Shown here piece after piece: positions 32,838 to 43,909 of a stretch of 64,000 nucleotides of DNA. A program made the translations under genes and the position numbers. Position 1 is the first letter of the stretch. Every line of letters begins with the position of its first letter. Under the pieces are notes generated by a model that saw only the letters and a program-made list of their open reading frames with translations, searched no databases and was not told the DNA's origin. This DNA comes from Thainema sp. (GTDB lineage: Bacteria > Cyanobacteriota > Cyanobacteriia > Phormidesmidales > Phormidesmidaceae), in contig JBQLZK010000022.1 in the NCBI GenBank assembly GCA_052168235.1, positions 30,804-94,803 of the forward strand, in the 5' to 3' direction.

Positions 32838-35090
32838 TTACTGAGGCCAAGTCGCTTTGATGCTGTTGTCGGTTTTCGGACGGACTTTTACGCGAATTGC
32901 GATCGCAGTAATGTTGTCATGGCCATTGTGCTGATTTCCCAGATCGATTAAGGCACTAATGCCTTCATCTAGACTCTGATTGAGATTCAACAGTGGTTCG
33001 ACATGGCTATGCCAGTGGGTTTCGAGCAAATCGTTGTCGCTTAAGCCGTCTGAGCATAACAACAGCAGTGTATCTTCTGACAGCTCTAGGTACTCAACAT
33101 CTGGCGCGATGAACCCATCATCTCTAGGGCCAAGGGCTTGGGTGAGTTGGTAGGCGTCTGGACGCCCGTAGGCGATATCAGCTTCAACTCCTCGCTGAAT
33201 TTCCCGCTGGCCAACCTCATGGTCGGTGGTTAGCTGCTGCAATCCCAAACGACGACTAAAGCGGTAAAGACGGCTATCCCCTACATGGGCCACCATCGCG
33301 TGGGTATCTTGCAGCAGCAACATCACTAATGTAGTGCCCATACGGCCACTCCCCAACCGTTCATTCTGCTGATTTTCTTTGTAAATTGCCTGATTTGCTT
33401 GCCGAATTGCTTCGATGACGGTTTGCTCAGACGGCAACTGTGAACCTTGCCAGTGGGTCGCAAAATACTTCCGCAGCACGTCAACCGCGAGCGCACTGGC
33501 AATTTCACCACCCGCATGCCCTCCCATGCCGTCACAAATTAGGTAGAGACCACGGGCATGGAGGGTACGCTCATTGGCGGTTTCGACTTTGCTGAGATCC
33601 AGTTGAATGCTAAACGCATCTTCATTGTGGTCACGACGACGGCCTATGTCGGTACGTCCTCCATCCTCAATCCACAGCAGATTCATGGGTAAGACAACGG
33701 TGGGTGAATCATCGGCCTCATCCTCGTCATCTTCATCCCAGGTTGGATACAAGTCATCATCCGCAACGAATTCACTATTCAAGAATTCAGAACCTGCTAA
33801 TTTTGGGGACACATCTTCTGAGCGGGGCGTTGAGGCCGCCTCTAAAGCGCTAGAAGCCTCTGCTGTTGCTTCAGGGGTATCAGCGCTAGATGGGGGCTGT
33901 GTCGGTTCAGAAGCTTGATTAGGCTGATCTGGGAGCTGATCCTGTAACGGTTGATATTCTACGGTTTCAAAATCAAGATTTCGGTTTAATTTTTTAACGA
34001 CCGAAGCTTCTGCTGCCTGTAGCGTATCTGCGATCGCACTCAACTGCGATCGCACGGCATCTACAGATTCGAGTTCATGCTGAATGAGCTGATCACACAG
34101 CATCTGCACAGATTTGGGCAACACTGTGCCCAACTGCTGCACCAATATCTGCCAAACTTGGCCCAATGCTGCCAAATCTGCGTGAGTTGCTGCCAAATTC
34201 GCCATGTCCGGTTTACGGTTAATGCGATTGATCGGCTCTTGTAGAGCTGGATCACTTGATGAACTTTGTGCTGGCTGCAGTGAATCTAACGATTGGGCAT
34301 CACTTTTCACCAACCGCAAACACAGGCAATCATCCTCGTCCAGGCACAGGTTATTGATGTCAAGCAGGCTCCGACGGCACTGCCAGTCTCCCAGCACCTG
34401 CCATAGTTGCAGTGAATCCAGTAGCCAACGCAACACGAGTAGAGGTTCGAGAGCAGTGTCTTGTCCTCGGGCTGTAATGGCTAACCAATCGCTGCGATCC
34501 TCAACCAGCAAAACTGTTGTATCGTTACACTGCCAAGCATCGTGTAAATAGGGGGTTGCTGGAGCCAGTTCTACCTCCAGACCAAAATACGTCTGCGCTA
34601 ACTCTGGCAGCTTTGCTTTAGCTTCATCATCCAGCGGACTGATATGGGATTTAAGAATCTGAACAGGAGAGAGTTCTAGCGGACGCTGGTCAAAAACGAT
34701 CGCCTCCAGGTAGTCAGTCGTTCGCTGATCGGACTCAACAAAGGCTTCGATCTGATAGCGCTGTTGTGGATCTAGGTAGTCACCAGGCTGCAGATTAACC
34801 AAGGACTGAGTGGATGCGCTCAATGGGGATGGGTCTGGCAGACTCTCGTCTACTGGCAGATTAGACCATGCGTTACCAACGACCGCCCCAGACTGGGCCG
34901 TTTCAGACTGGGCAATGACAGCATAGAGCTGTCGCCCAATAACAGCATCACAAACTGGACAGGATTGCGCACCACAATCGACCATCGCCCCGCAGTTTAA
35001 GCATTCAACCTGAGTTAGCGATGCACCACAGGCTTGACAAAACCGATGGCTATCTGGATTTTCGGCTTGGCATTGATGACAAATCAACAT
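32838..35090 (-). CDS. PP2C-family Ser/Thr phosphatase with N-terminal double zinc ribbon
   Basis: Four CxxC pairs; RDHNED, CDGMGGH, HVGDSR, CSDGL and GHDN motifs. Confidence 0.93.
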   Translation of the reverse strand: MLICHQCQAENPDSHRFCQACGASLTQVECLNCGAMVDCGAQSCPVCDAVIGRQLYAVIAQSETAQSGAVVGNAWSNLPVDESLPDPSPLSASTQSLVNLQPGDYLDPQQRYQIEAFVESDQRTTDYLEAIVFDQRPLELSPVQILKSHISPLDDEAKAKLPELAQTYFGLEVELAPATPYLHDAWQCNDTTVLLVEDRSDWLAITARGQDTALEPLLVLRWLLDSLQLWQVLGDWQCRRSLLDINNLCLDEDDCLCLRLVKSDAQSLDSLQPAQSSSSDPALQEPINRINRKPDMANLAATHADLAALGQVWQILVQQLGTVLPKSVQMLCDQLIQHELESVDAVRSQLSAIADTLQAAEASVVKKLNRNLDFETVEYQPLQDQLPDQPNQASEPTQPPSSADTPEATAEASSALEAASTPRSEDVSPKLAGSEFLNSEFVADDDLYPTWDEDDEDEADDSPTVVLPMNLLWIEDGGRTDIGRRRDHNEDAFSIQLDLSKVETANERTLHARGLYLICDGMGGHAGGEIASALAVDVLRKYFATHWQGSQLPSEQTVIEAIRQANQAIYKENQQNERLGSGRMGTTLVMLLLQDTHAMVAHVGDSRLYRFSRRLGLQQLTTDHEVGQREIQRGVEADIAYGRPDAYQLTQALGPRDDGFIAPDVEYLELSEDTLLLLCSDGLSDNDLLETHWHSHVEPLLNLNQSLDEGISALIDLGNQHNGHDNITAIAIRVKVRPKTDNSIKATWPQ

Positions 35091-35355
35091 GGGGAAGAAT
35101 GGGATGGAAGGTTTGATAACTGACTCAATATCTACATGCAGCGTTCAAGTCCGTTTTATCCTAAAGCAAAGCTGGCTAAACCCTAACATAGGTCTAACTT
35201 GGCTAAATAATACACAGGTTATTTGCTGCTTTCCGCTCAAATGTCAGAGGACTTTATAGATTAGCGAAAAAATTAATCTATAAAACCCTCAGCATACTGT
35301 TTTGCGCAAAACGCACATCATGCCCCTTCAGAAAAATCGCGTTTTAAGTAGGTGG

Positions 35356-35949
35356 CTACAGCTTCTTCAAGCTTTGGAGTTCCTGAGCCGTTAAGTCACG
35401 CCACTGCCCAGGTTGGAGATTGCCGAGCTGCAGATTTGCGATCGCAACTCGTACTAATCTCAATGTAGGATAGCCAACTGCCGCCGTCATCCGCCGCACC
35501 TGCCGATTTTTTCCTTCAGTTAGCGTTAATTGTAACCAAGCTGTCGGCACCGACTTACGATAGCGAATCGGCGGGTCGCGGGGCGGCAAAACAGGCTCCT
35601 GCTCCAGCAGCTTCACCTGGGCAGGTTTTGTGCGATAGCCTTTGATCGTTACCCCCTGACGCAGTTGTTCCAATGCCGATGAGTCAGGAACACGCTCAAC
35701 CTGCGCCCAGTACGTGCGGGGATGATTGTAGCGAGGATCGCTCAGACGATGCTGCAAGCGGCCATCATCAGTGAGCAACAGCAGTCCTTCGCTGTCCCGA
35801 TCCAGGCGTCCAACAGCATAAACATCTGGCACTGCAATGTAAGCTTTCAGGGTTTGCCGATCCATCTGTCCTTCCAGTTCGACATTGGCCTGATCTGTGA
35901 ACTGGCTCAGTACATTAAACGGTTTATAAAACATTAAATAGCGGGACAT
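35356..35949 (-). CDS. rRNA pseudouridine synthase (RsuA/RluE family)
   Basis: [17 protein letters not shown] and [10 protein letters not shown] motifs. ORF open from 35982. Confidence 0.92.
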   Translation of the reverse strand: MSRYLMFYKPFNVLSQFTDQANVELEGQMDRQTLKAYIAVPDVYAVGRLDRDSEGLLLLTDDGRLQHRLSDPRYNHPRTYWAQVERVPDSSALEQLRQGVTIKGYRTKPAQVKLLEQEPVLPPRDPPIRYRKSVPTAWLQLTLTEGKNRQVRRMTAAVGYPTLRLVRVAIANLQLGNLQPGQWRDLTAQELQSLKKL

Positions 35950-36308
35950 CTTATCAGGCTGAATTTCTGATGCAATCGGCACTGTTCCCCAACAACCTCA
36001 TCACGCCCTCTAAAAGGGATGAGCAGTGAAACAAGCACAGCTTGCTTCACTGCTCACACCCGTTTCGTCACCAATTTGCGATCGCAATACATTGCGTGAT
36101 GTTACAAAGATGTTGCGAAAGTCTTTAGAACAGAGCGATCTAAAGTTTACCCTCTTAATCTAAGAATACGAAATTCGACGCTCGATTTCCTTCCTTTTTT
36201 GAGTACAAGATTGGGAAAGGCTGACAGTATCAGGCTTTTTCAACCTCAAAGGAATCTTGAAACGGCAGTGGCTCTGCTTCTGAATTTCGGATAAAACCAT
36301 TAACGTAT

Positions 36309-36635
36309 ATGAAGAGGACTGTCATGGAGCCAGAAACCCGCTATCGGTTTGTTTGCACCCTGACATTTGGTGATATTTACGGTCAGATTATTGTTTGGCT
36401 GTTGGTGTTGTTTATCAGTTTGGCCTCTGCCCTCGCTTTAATGGGAGCAAGCCGCCCAGTTTATGCACTAGCATCTGTTGGATTGGTATTCGTACTATCT
36501 TTACCCTTCTTGCTGTTTGCTTTTGTGACTACGCTGCTGAACCACATTGAGTTCAAAGCCGTCAACCCAGCAGAGGCTTCAACTAAGCCATCTGCCAGCG
36601 ATATGCCCAATCGACCCGCCCAAGCTGCAGGTTAG
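36309..36635 (+). CDS. Hypothetical membrane protein (2 TM)
   Basis: CTLTFGDIYGQII motif and two hydrophobic segments. Confidence 0.8.
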   Translation: MKRTVMEPETRYRFVCTLTFGDIYGQIIVWLLVLFISLASALALMGASRPVYALASVGLVFVLSLPFLLFAFVTTLLNHIEFKAVNPAEASTKPSASDMPNRPAQAAG

Positions 36636-36744
36636 ATTTTACGATATAGCCAAATCCAATAGGCATTCTGAGTGCAGCGTTAGATGGCAATACCGTCTAA
36701 CGCTGCACTCCCTCAATAAAGTACGTATACGCGAGGGCTAATTT

Positions 36745-36838
36745 TATAGCTGTAGTCAGCTCTGTTAGGACATGGACGTTTTTGTGGCGCGGCTCAGCCT
36801 GGCCACAAAAACGCCTTAACCAATATGACGATAGCTAA
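36745..36838. mobile_element. ~94-bp MITE-like palindromic element (copy 2)
   Basis: TATAGCTGTAG...CGTTTTTGTGGC/GCCACAAAAACG...AATATGACGATAGCTA; homologous to 19757..19850. Confidence 0.65.
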
Positions 36839-36842
36839 ACTA

Positions 36843-36908
36843 TTCCATCAAAGCAAAATGGGGATCTACATCGTTCTACGCTGAGATCCCCATTTTGCTT
36901 TGATGGAA
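36843..36908. repeat. 25-bp perfect inverted repeat downstream of cupB
   Basis: TTCCATCAAAGCAAAATGGGGATCT-16 nt-AGATCCCCATTTTGCTTTGATGGAA. Confidence 0.85.
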
Positions 36909-36927
36909 ATAGCCTCGAAAGGTGCGA

Positions 36928-38070
36928 CTAAATTGGTTCACACACTTGAACATTAGGCAGGCGTGAGGAGATTAAGCGATCTAACCAACCTTCTAGATAC
37001 TTGCGGTTCTCGCGCTGCTCCTCCACGTTGTCAGTATCCAGCGGATTGGGCATCAACCCCAAAATCGCCGCCGTTGTCACGCAAAACATTGACTTCTGAA
37101 AACTCTCACAGATGAGCACCCGCAAGTCATCCTCACCCCGTGTGCTGTCGCGATAAATATCATGCCAATAGTCGGGTAAGAAATGTCGCATATCCTGCAT
37201 TGCTAGCGTCGGAGGGATTCCGGCGCCACCAATCGGGAGCGGATCGGCGTAAAGCGCTCCGTAGGTAAAGTTGCTCTGCTCTTCGGGAATTTGATGGGCC
37301 TGAGCATTATAGGAAACGGTTCCAGGAAAGGGTGTTCCCCGGAAAAAAATAGCTTCTACATAGGGCACTGCCGTATCCATCAAAAATGTCAAACCAGCCG
37401 ACTTTGGCAAAATATCGTATGTCTGTCCATCAATCTCTACCGCATAGGTAATGGGCAAGTTGGCATCCGCCACCAATCCCTGTTTGATGTGATCCACTAG
37501 GTTGGGAATCGTTTTGATCTCGCCCCGCTCATAGCGCTCAGCCAGAGTCCGGAAGATTTTGGCCATAACTTGCCAAAACTGCCCCAAACCGCTGTAGTAA
37601 GCCATCTGCCGCACCTGCTCTAGCAGGAAATCTGGGAACAGCTGATTGACTAACGCTATCACCGGATTCCGCTTCAGCTTGGCTTGAATGGCAGTCTGCG
37701 CGTTCACCTTAAACTCGTCGGTGTCTAGGTACTGATCTAGGCCGCCGCCGCCATGCCACAGCATGGTTTTCATACAGTATTCGGCATATTCAAAATTAAT
37801 TCGATTGTGCCACCAGTGCCGGAACAGTTTTTCGATACTGAACTGTCCGTCAAAGTACTTGAAGAATGGGAACAGCACTAAAAACTGATTATCAGCAATG
37901 TAGCGCAGGTTCTTTTGGTAAGCGTCTAGAACCACCCCATAGCTCTTGAGAATACCGACCATCTCGGTTACGTTGCGAGGAGAATCCGGCAGCAGCGCGC
38001 CACCATCCTCTAGACGGTAAATGATTTCGGCAAACGGATGGTTGGACGGTTCTCGAATGACACTAACCAT
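36928..38070 (-). CDS. cupB: CO2 hydration protein CupB (ChpX)
   Basis: RINFEYAEYC, FPGTVSYNAQA and GIPPTL motifs. The 380-aa length, absence of cupS and linkage to ccm favour CupB over CupA. Confidence 0.9.
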   Translation of the reverse strand: MVSVIREPSNHPFAEIIYRLEDGGALLPDSPRNVTEMVGILKSYGVVLDAYQKNLRYIADNQFLVLFPFFKYFDGQFSIEKLFRHWWHNRINFEYAEYCMKTMLWHGGGGLDQYLDTDEFKVNAQTAIQAKLKRNPVIALVNQLFPDFLLEQVRQMAYYSGLGQFWQVMAKIFRTLAERYERGEIKTIPNLVDHIKQGLVADANLPITYAVEIDGQTYDILPKSAGLTFLMDTAVPYVEAIFFRGTPFPGTVSYNAQAHQIPEEQSNFTYGALYADPLPIGGAGIPPTLAMQDMRHFLPDYWHDIYRDSTRGEDDLRVLICESFQKSMFCVTTAAILGLMPNPLDTDNVEEQRENRKYLEGWLDRLISSRLPNVQVCEPI

Positions 38071-38246
38071 TGGAAGTGGCTCCTGCGGAACGTGATACGA
38101 ATGAGAGTAGCGTTTCCTCTTTAGTTCAGTTTAAGACGTGATCTCTCTGAACCTAACTAGCTTCAGTAGGATTGCTGAAGCTTGGGTGAAGTGGTTTGTT
38201 TTCGCGCTTAGTTGAGCTTTACAGCTTCATTGCAGTGCAGTGAAAT

Positions 38247-39845
38247 CTAGCCTGACGTGGATACGGTAGAAATAGATGGGGCTGGGGCCGGAGAAGCCAC
38301 CTGCGGCAATGGTGTAGGAGCTGCTTTCAAGGGAAAAAAGGTATCTACGGGTAGGTGTGCCCAGCCTGTGCGCACCGATGCCTGCATTTCCACTTCGGGA
38401 ATACCTAATGCTCTAGAGCTGCCATCGCTCCAGCGGGCTAGCCACATTGGCTGAAGACCGAGCACGATAATCAGAGCCGTGACGACAGCCGCCGGAATGC
38501 GGTCTTGCCAGTAGACGCGGGGTAGATTGGCGAGAGCATCTGGTAAGCGACCAAAGAAAGCTTTATTGAGCAGCGTCAAAAAGTAGACGGCTGTGAGAGC
38601 CGTTCCAATCATGCAGAGCAGGGTTTGTATGGGAAAGATGGGGAAACTACCGCGAAACACCATGAATTCAGCTACGAAGCCAATCATGCCGGGAATGCCT
38701 GCACTTGCCATACAGCCCGCCACCATTAAACTGCCGACTACGGGTAAGCCGCGCTCTGGGTTAAACAGCCCTTTCAGTACATCTAAATCGCGAGTCCCTG
38801 TTTTGGCGTAAACGACTCCGACCAATAGGAAGAGCAGGCCAGAAATTAAGCCGTGGCTGACCATTTGGCAGGTTGCTCCTAATATCGCCAGTGGAGTTCC
38901 TGCGGCTGCACCTAGGATGATATAGCCCATATGGCCAATAGAGCTGTAGGCCACCATTCGCTTCATATCTTTTTGTGCGATCGCAACTAGCGATCCGTAC
39001 AGCACATTTACCACTGCAAACGTCGCCAGCCAAGGAGCAATCTCTTTCCACGCTTCTGGAAACAGACCTAGGCCAAAACGCAACATGCCATAGGTGCCAA
39101 GTTTAAGCAACACACCAGCTAGCAGCACCGAAACGGGCGTCGAGGCTTCTCCATGAGCATCTGGTAGCCAAGTATGGAACGGGACAATCGGAATTTTGAC
39201 GCCAAAGCCAATGACAAGCACCGTCAGCAAAATCAGCTGCTGGGCCACTGGTAAGGCATGGCTGCGCAGGACATCGTAGTCGAAGGTAGAGGTGTGGCTC
39301 AACCAGGCTAATCCAAAGAACGAGCCAAGAATCAGTACTCCAGAAATAGCGGTATAAATCAGAAACTTAGTGGCTGCATAGCCGCGTCGCTGTCCACCCC
39401 AAATTGCAATCAACAGATAGAGGGGAATCAGTTCGACCTCGTAAAACAGGAAAAACAGCAGCAGGTTTTTTGCCAAAAACGCCCCAGCTACGGCAGATTC
39501 CAGTAAAAGCAGCAGCCCATAGTAGAGACGGGGTCGATGCACCGCCTTGGTGCTGGAGTACATAGCAACCCAGACTAAGAGGCTGTTAATCACCAGTAGC
39601 GGCAAAGATAAGCCATCTAGCGACAAATGGTAGTGCAGACCAATCATATCGGCCCACGGTTGATACTCTTCCATCTGCCAGCCAACAGCATCGATATTGA
39701 ACCGACTGACCAGCCAAATTGTCCAAGCGAGCGTAATACCCGTGAAGGTCAAAGCAACTTGGCGAGTTTGTTGTCCCGTTAGCTTGGGCCAAAATCCAAT
39801 TAGCAATCCACCTACAAGAGGCAACCAGATCAGAATACTCAGCAT
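38247..39845 (-). CDS. ndhD4: NDH-1(4) subunit NdhD4
   Basis: NuoM-like (PFHTWLPDAH, LLKLG, YSSIGHMG); lies between ndhF and cupB. Confidence 0.9.
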   Translation of the reverse strand: MLSILIWLPLVGGLLIGFWPKLTGQQTRQVALTFTGITLAWTIWLVSRFNIDAVGWQMEEYQPWADMIGLHYHLSLDGLSLPLLVINSLLVWVAMYSSTKAVHRPRLYYGLLLLLESAVAGAFLAKNLLLFFLFYEVELIPLYLLIAIWGGQRRGYAATKFLIYTAISGVLILGSFFGLAWLSHTSTFDYDVLRSHALPVAQQLILLTVLVIGFGVKIPIVPFHTWLPDAHGEASTPVSVLLAGVLLKLGTYGMLRFGLGLFPEAWKEIAPWLATFAVVNVLYGSLVAIAQKDMKRMVAYSSIGHMGYIILGAAAGTPLAILGATCQMVSHGLISGLLFLLVGVVYAKTGTRDLDVLKGLFNPERGLPVVGSLMVAGCMASAGIPGMIGFVAEFMVFRGSFPIFPIQTLLCMIGTALTAVYFLTLLNKAFFGRLPDALANLPRVYWQDRIPAAVVTALIIVLGLQPMWLARWSDGSSRALGIPEVEMQASVRTGWAHLPVDTFFPLKAAPTPLPQVASPAPAPSISTVSTSG

Positions 39846-39890
39846 ACTGATTTCAGCGACAACGACAAGGACTGTACAAGAAATGAACCG

Positions 39891-41759
39891 TTAGACCAAC
39901 GCTGACCAATTAAATGTTGACCAATTAATTGACCAGTTCATCGACCAGTTAATCAGGAGGCTAACCAGCACTAAACCAACCAAAATAGTCAGCATGTAGA
40001 ACTGATAGCGACCGGAAGTGTTGTACTTCAAGCTCTCACCACTGAGCAGGGTAGCTAAGCCAACCAGGTTCACTGCGCCATCAACCACAAAGCGATCAAA
40101 CCAAGAAGCGAGGCGAGAGATCTGACTGACACCGGCTCCAACGGTTAACTCATACAGTTTGGCAATCTGAAAGTCGTAGGCTAGAAACTGCTGAAGCGGC
40201 TGCCAGATAACTTTCTCGGGCTGCTTGGCAGGCGGGAAGTAGAACCACCAGCCCAGTCCGCATCCCAGCAGGCTTGACGCAATCAGCAGCCCAATGGTGT
40301 AGGCATCTAGATCCACGGTGCCGGGTGGTTGCCACTTTTGCAGCAGTACGGGCATGAGCAGCGTCAGAATGCTGAGCGTCACCATTGGGAAGGCCATTGG
40401 CCAAGGAACTTCTGGGGCACGGCGAGTCTTAGGTTTAGATTCACCCAGGAAAATCAGGCCGAACACGCGAACGAGATTAAACGCCAGCAGTCCGTTGACA
40501 ATCAGCATGACGCTGAGGAAGGCTAAATTATTTTCAAAAACCTGCATCCATTCCAGCTTGGCCATGAATCCGCCGAGCGGCAATAGGCCAACTAGGCCAG
40601 CCGCACCAACTGCATAGGCTGTCGTGGTAGCGGGCATTCGCGTACCTAGTCCACCTAGTTCAGTCAGGTCTTGAGAATTGGTAGTCAAGATAATTGACCC
40701 CACGCTCATGAAGATCAGTGCTTTGGCAATGGCGTGGACGAAGAGCAGCAGGAGGGCAATATCAACTCGCTGAAGGCCAACGGCAATAAAGACCAGGCCC
40801 AAGTAAGCACTAGTGGAATGGGAAAATGTGCGCTTGATGTCGATTTGTGCGATCGCAACTAGAGAAGCTCCCACTGCCGTCATGGTGCCTAACACAACTA
40901 AGGCAGTCAACGCGACAGATGATAGAGCAATGACGGGCTCTAGCTTAATCAGCACGAATGCCCCAGCAGCCACAACAACCGAATTTCTGAGAATCGAAGC
41001 TGGATTAGGCCCTTCCATCGCCTCATCGAGCCACAGGCTCAAGGGGAACTGAGCACATTTGCCAGTTGGACCCGCAATCAGGGCTAAGCCCAACAGATTC
41101 GCAACCAGTGGTGAGAGTTGAGCTGTTTCAGCCCACTCCCTCAGCTCACTGAAGTTAAAACTGCCGGAAATTGTGGCCAGAGCGACCACCCCCATCAGCA
41201 GTAGTAGATCGCCAACCCGCTTCGTCCAAAAGGCATCCCGTGCAGCCGTTACCACCAGAGGCTGTGCATACCAAAAGCCCACCAGCAGATAGGTGGAAAG
41301 GGTCAGCATTTCCAGTAGGGCATAGCTGAGGAATAGAGAATCGCTAATCGCCAACCCCGTGATTGCAGCTTCAAAGAAGCCCATCAGCCCGTAGAAGCGG
41401 GCCAACGACCAGTCTTTTTCGAGATATCCTAAACCAAAGATTTGGGCAAGCAAACTCAAACCACTTACCAAAATCACTGCCCCTAAGCTGAGCGGCGATA
41501 TTTCAAGTGACAGAGTAATATCTAATCCCACTACATTGAGCCAAGGTGCTAGCAGCCGCTGTGGCTCATGCCCCCAAATATTTTGAAGCACCACAATGCT
41601 GTGGATGAGTGCCACAACAGTCAGCAGAATGTTTACATAAGCGGCAGGTCTTTCACCTGTACGACGCAATAAGCCTATTGACCATGGCAAAGATAGCAAG
41701 GCACCAAGAATGCCGTACCAAGGAATCCACCAACTGCTTTGGAGGAAAAACTCAGTCAT
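39891..41759 (-). CDS. ndhF4: NDH-1(4) subunit NdhF4
   Basis: NuoL-like (GKCAQFP..WLDEAMEGPNP, AARDAF.TKRVGD). Confidence 0.9.
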   Translation of the reverse strand: MTEFFLQSSWWIPWYGILGALLSLPWSIGLLRRTGERPAAYVNILLTVVALIHSIVVLQNIWGHEPQRLLAPWLNVVGLDITLSLEISPLSLGAVILVSGLSLLAQIFGLGYLEKDWSLARFYGLMGFFEAAITGLAISDSLFLSYALLEMLTLSTYLLVGFWYAQPLVVTAARDAFWTKRVGDLLLLMGVVALATISGSFNFSELREWAETAQLSPLVANLLGLALIAGPTGKCAQFPLSLWLDEAMEGPNPASILRNSVVVAAGAFVLIKLEPVIALSSVALTALVVLGTMTAVGASLVAIAQIDIKRTFSHSTSAYLGLVFIAVGLQRVDIALLLLFVHAIAKALIFMSVGSIILTTNSQDLTELGGLGTRMPATTTAYAVGAAGLVGLLPLGGFMAKLEWMQVFENNLAFLSVMLIVNGLLAFNLVRVFGLIFLGESKPKTRRAPEVPWPMAFPMVTLSILTLLMPVLLQKWQPPGTVDLDAYTIGLLIASSLLGCGLGWWFYFPPAKQPEKVIWQPLQQFLAYDFQIAKLYELTVGAGVSQISRLASWFDRFVVDGAVNLVGLATLLSGESLKYNTSGRYQFYMLTILVGLVLVSLLINWSMNWSINWSTFNWSALV

Positions 41760-42820
41760 CGCGATTAAGTATCCGTGTGGCTACAAAAAACAAAACAGAA
41801 TCGACTAACAACTAACAAAATTAAGCATTCCATTAGAAACGCTTGCTCAGCTTCGTCTTCTAGCCAAACTGCGATCGCATTGCGTTCATCGCATCAACGA
41901 ATCACTTCCAGCGCATCACCTTCGCTAGATTCTCCATGCTCAAGCCTGCTCCCTGCACCTCCCAATAGAACAGGAACTAAACTTGTTAGCTCTCCTCTCC
42001 ACGACAAGTGCAGGCCGATTGCCTAGATAAAACAAGATTGACGAAGCCAACAAGTGCTCCCGCTGCCGCGAAAACCTTCTGAGAGCGACGCCATGTTTGA
42101 CACAAATTGAGACAATTTAGCTTGTTAAAGATTCTACAGTTCAGATTTTTAACATGGTGATTGGGATCAGGCGGCTGGCATAGATATCAGCCTCAAACCG
42201 GGGACTGTCTCCAAAGAAGATCGCTCCCACGGCCTTTGGGGGAGTTGTTATATGCAACTGCTTATCACTACTCTACCGGACTGTCTGCCGAGAAATTTAG
42301 CCTGATCAAGGTTTGAGCTACAAGTCCTCCTTTTAGGTGATATCGGAGGAACTAAATTTTGCTGATGTCTAGGCTAAGTCAACGCATGAGGTTCGACGGC
42401 TGGTAGCAGCGAGTATCGTGAAATAGCTGTTGTACTGATAGCGTGGCGCATTACTCGTAGGTTTTATGACAACGGCAAGATCCACAACAAACTGAGCCGT
42501 TACCTCACCAATCTGGACGTTTTGTATCGTTTTGACACATTATTTGTATGAGTATTGGTGATATGCAACATTAACAACAATCATTGGCACTTATATTGTC
42601 AAATGGTCATCGCTCTCCTATTCTGAGATGTGAGCGTTAAGTTTAGACACGCTTAGTTATAAAGTTTTAAGCAAAGTGACCCACCCCGTCGCCAATTGTG
42701 CCGTCTGGGCTGGCGTTCTTTGATGCTGGGCTTTTAGATAAACCTCTTTAAGAGGTATTTTAGTGTCTAGACATTTTGGTTTTATCCCGTTTTTCACCAG
42801 GATTTTGAGGAGACAAAGAA

Positions 42821-43129
42821 ATGCCAATTGCAGTTGGGATGATTGAGACTCTAGGGTTTCCCGCCGTTGTTGAAGCCGCTGACGCGATGGTCAAAGCCGC
42901 TCGTGTAACCCTAGTCGGTTATGAAAAGATTGGTAGCGGTCGAGTGACCGTTATCGTTCGGGGCGACGTATCAGAGGTTCAAGCATCCGTCGCGGCCGGA
43001 ATCGAGTCGGCCAAGCGTGTTAATGGTGGTGAAGTTTTGTCCACCCATATCATTGCCCGTCCTCACGAGAATTTGGAGTTCGTTCTACCGATCCGCTACA
43101 CCGAAGCGGTCGAGCAGTTCCGTACCTAA
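42821..43129 (+). CDS. ccmK2: Carboxysome shell hexamer CcmK2
   Basis: BMC domain, 102 aa, first gene of the ccm operon. Confidence 0.92.
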   Translation: MPIAVGMIETLGFPAVVEAADAMVKAARVTLVGYEKIGSGRVTVIVRGDVSEVQASVAAGIESAKRVNGGEVLSTHIIARPHENLEFVLPIRYTEAVEQFRT

Positions 43130-43255
43130 AGGGATGAAATGGCCTCTGCCCATTCCCAAACGTGGCCAGGGCAGAGGTGACTCCGCTTTTAGCTAGGAGG
43201 AGCCTCTCTTATAAAGAGGTAGCCAAGTTCAAAAATATTTTTTAGGAGAACTGTC

Positions 43256-43591
43256 ATGTCGATCGCAGTAGGAATGATCGAGACGCTAGGATTTCCTGCC
43301 GTCGTTGAAGCAGCTGATGCGATGGTTAAAGCTGCTCGTGTAACTTTAGTGGGCTACGAGAAAATTGGTAGCGGTCGAGTAACCGTTATCGTTCGGGGCG
43401 ACGTATCAGAAGTACAGGCATCTGTTTCCGCAGGTGTTGAATGTGTGAAGCGAGTTAATGGAGGCCAAGTTCTCTCTACTCACATCATCGCGCGTCCCCA
43501 CGAAAACCTGGAATTTGTTCTGCCCATTCGGTATACCGAAGCAGTCGAACAATTCAGAGAAAGCGTTACAGGAATTCGCCGATATCAGTAA
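43256..43591 (+). CDS. ccmK1: Carboxysome shell hexamer CcmK1
   Basis: BMC domain with short C-terminal extension (111 aa). Confidence 0.9.
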   Translation: MSIAVGMIETLGFPAVVEAADAMVKAARVTLVGYEKIGSGRVTVIVRGDVSEVQASVSAGVECVKRVNGGQVLSTHIIARPHENLEFVLPIRYTEAVEQFRESVTGIRRYQ

Positions 43592-43609
43592 ATTCAGCGT
43601 AGTTTTTAC

Positions 43610-43909
43610 ATGCAGCTTGCCAAAGTTCGCGGCACCGTTGTCAGTACATACAAAGATCCCAGCATGAGAGGAGTCAAGCTCCTGCTCGTTCAATTGCTCG
43701 ACGAAGAAGGGCAGCCTATCCCAGGCTATGAGGTGGCTGCTGATGTTGTTGGTGCAGGTGTAGATGAGTGGGTGCTTGTTAGTCGGGGCAGTGCAGCCCG
43801 TCGTTTACCGAGTTATGATGACCGTCCATTAGATGCAACAGTTGTCGCCATTATCGATACCGTTAGTGTCGATAATCGACGGTTGTATAGCAAGAAAGAT
43901 GCTGTCTGA
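43610..43909 (+). CDS. ccmL: Carboxysome vertex pentamer CcmL
   Basis: VRGTVVST.K, GAG..EWVLVSRGSAAR and AIID motifs. Confidence 0.97.
   Translation: MQLAKVRGTVVSTYKDPSMRGVKLLLVQLLDEEGQPIPGYEVAADVVGAGVDEWVLVSRGSAARRLPSYDDRPLDATVVAIIDTVSVDNRRLYSKKDAV

Noticed and set aside
41775..42026. 83-aa ORF upstream of ndhF4
   Set aside because: Ser-rich, no RBS or motif; likely a chance ORF in the ndhF4/ccmK regulatory region.
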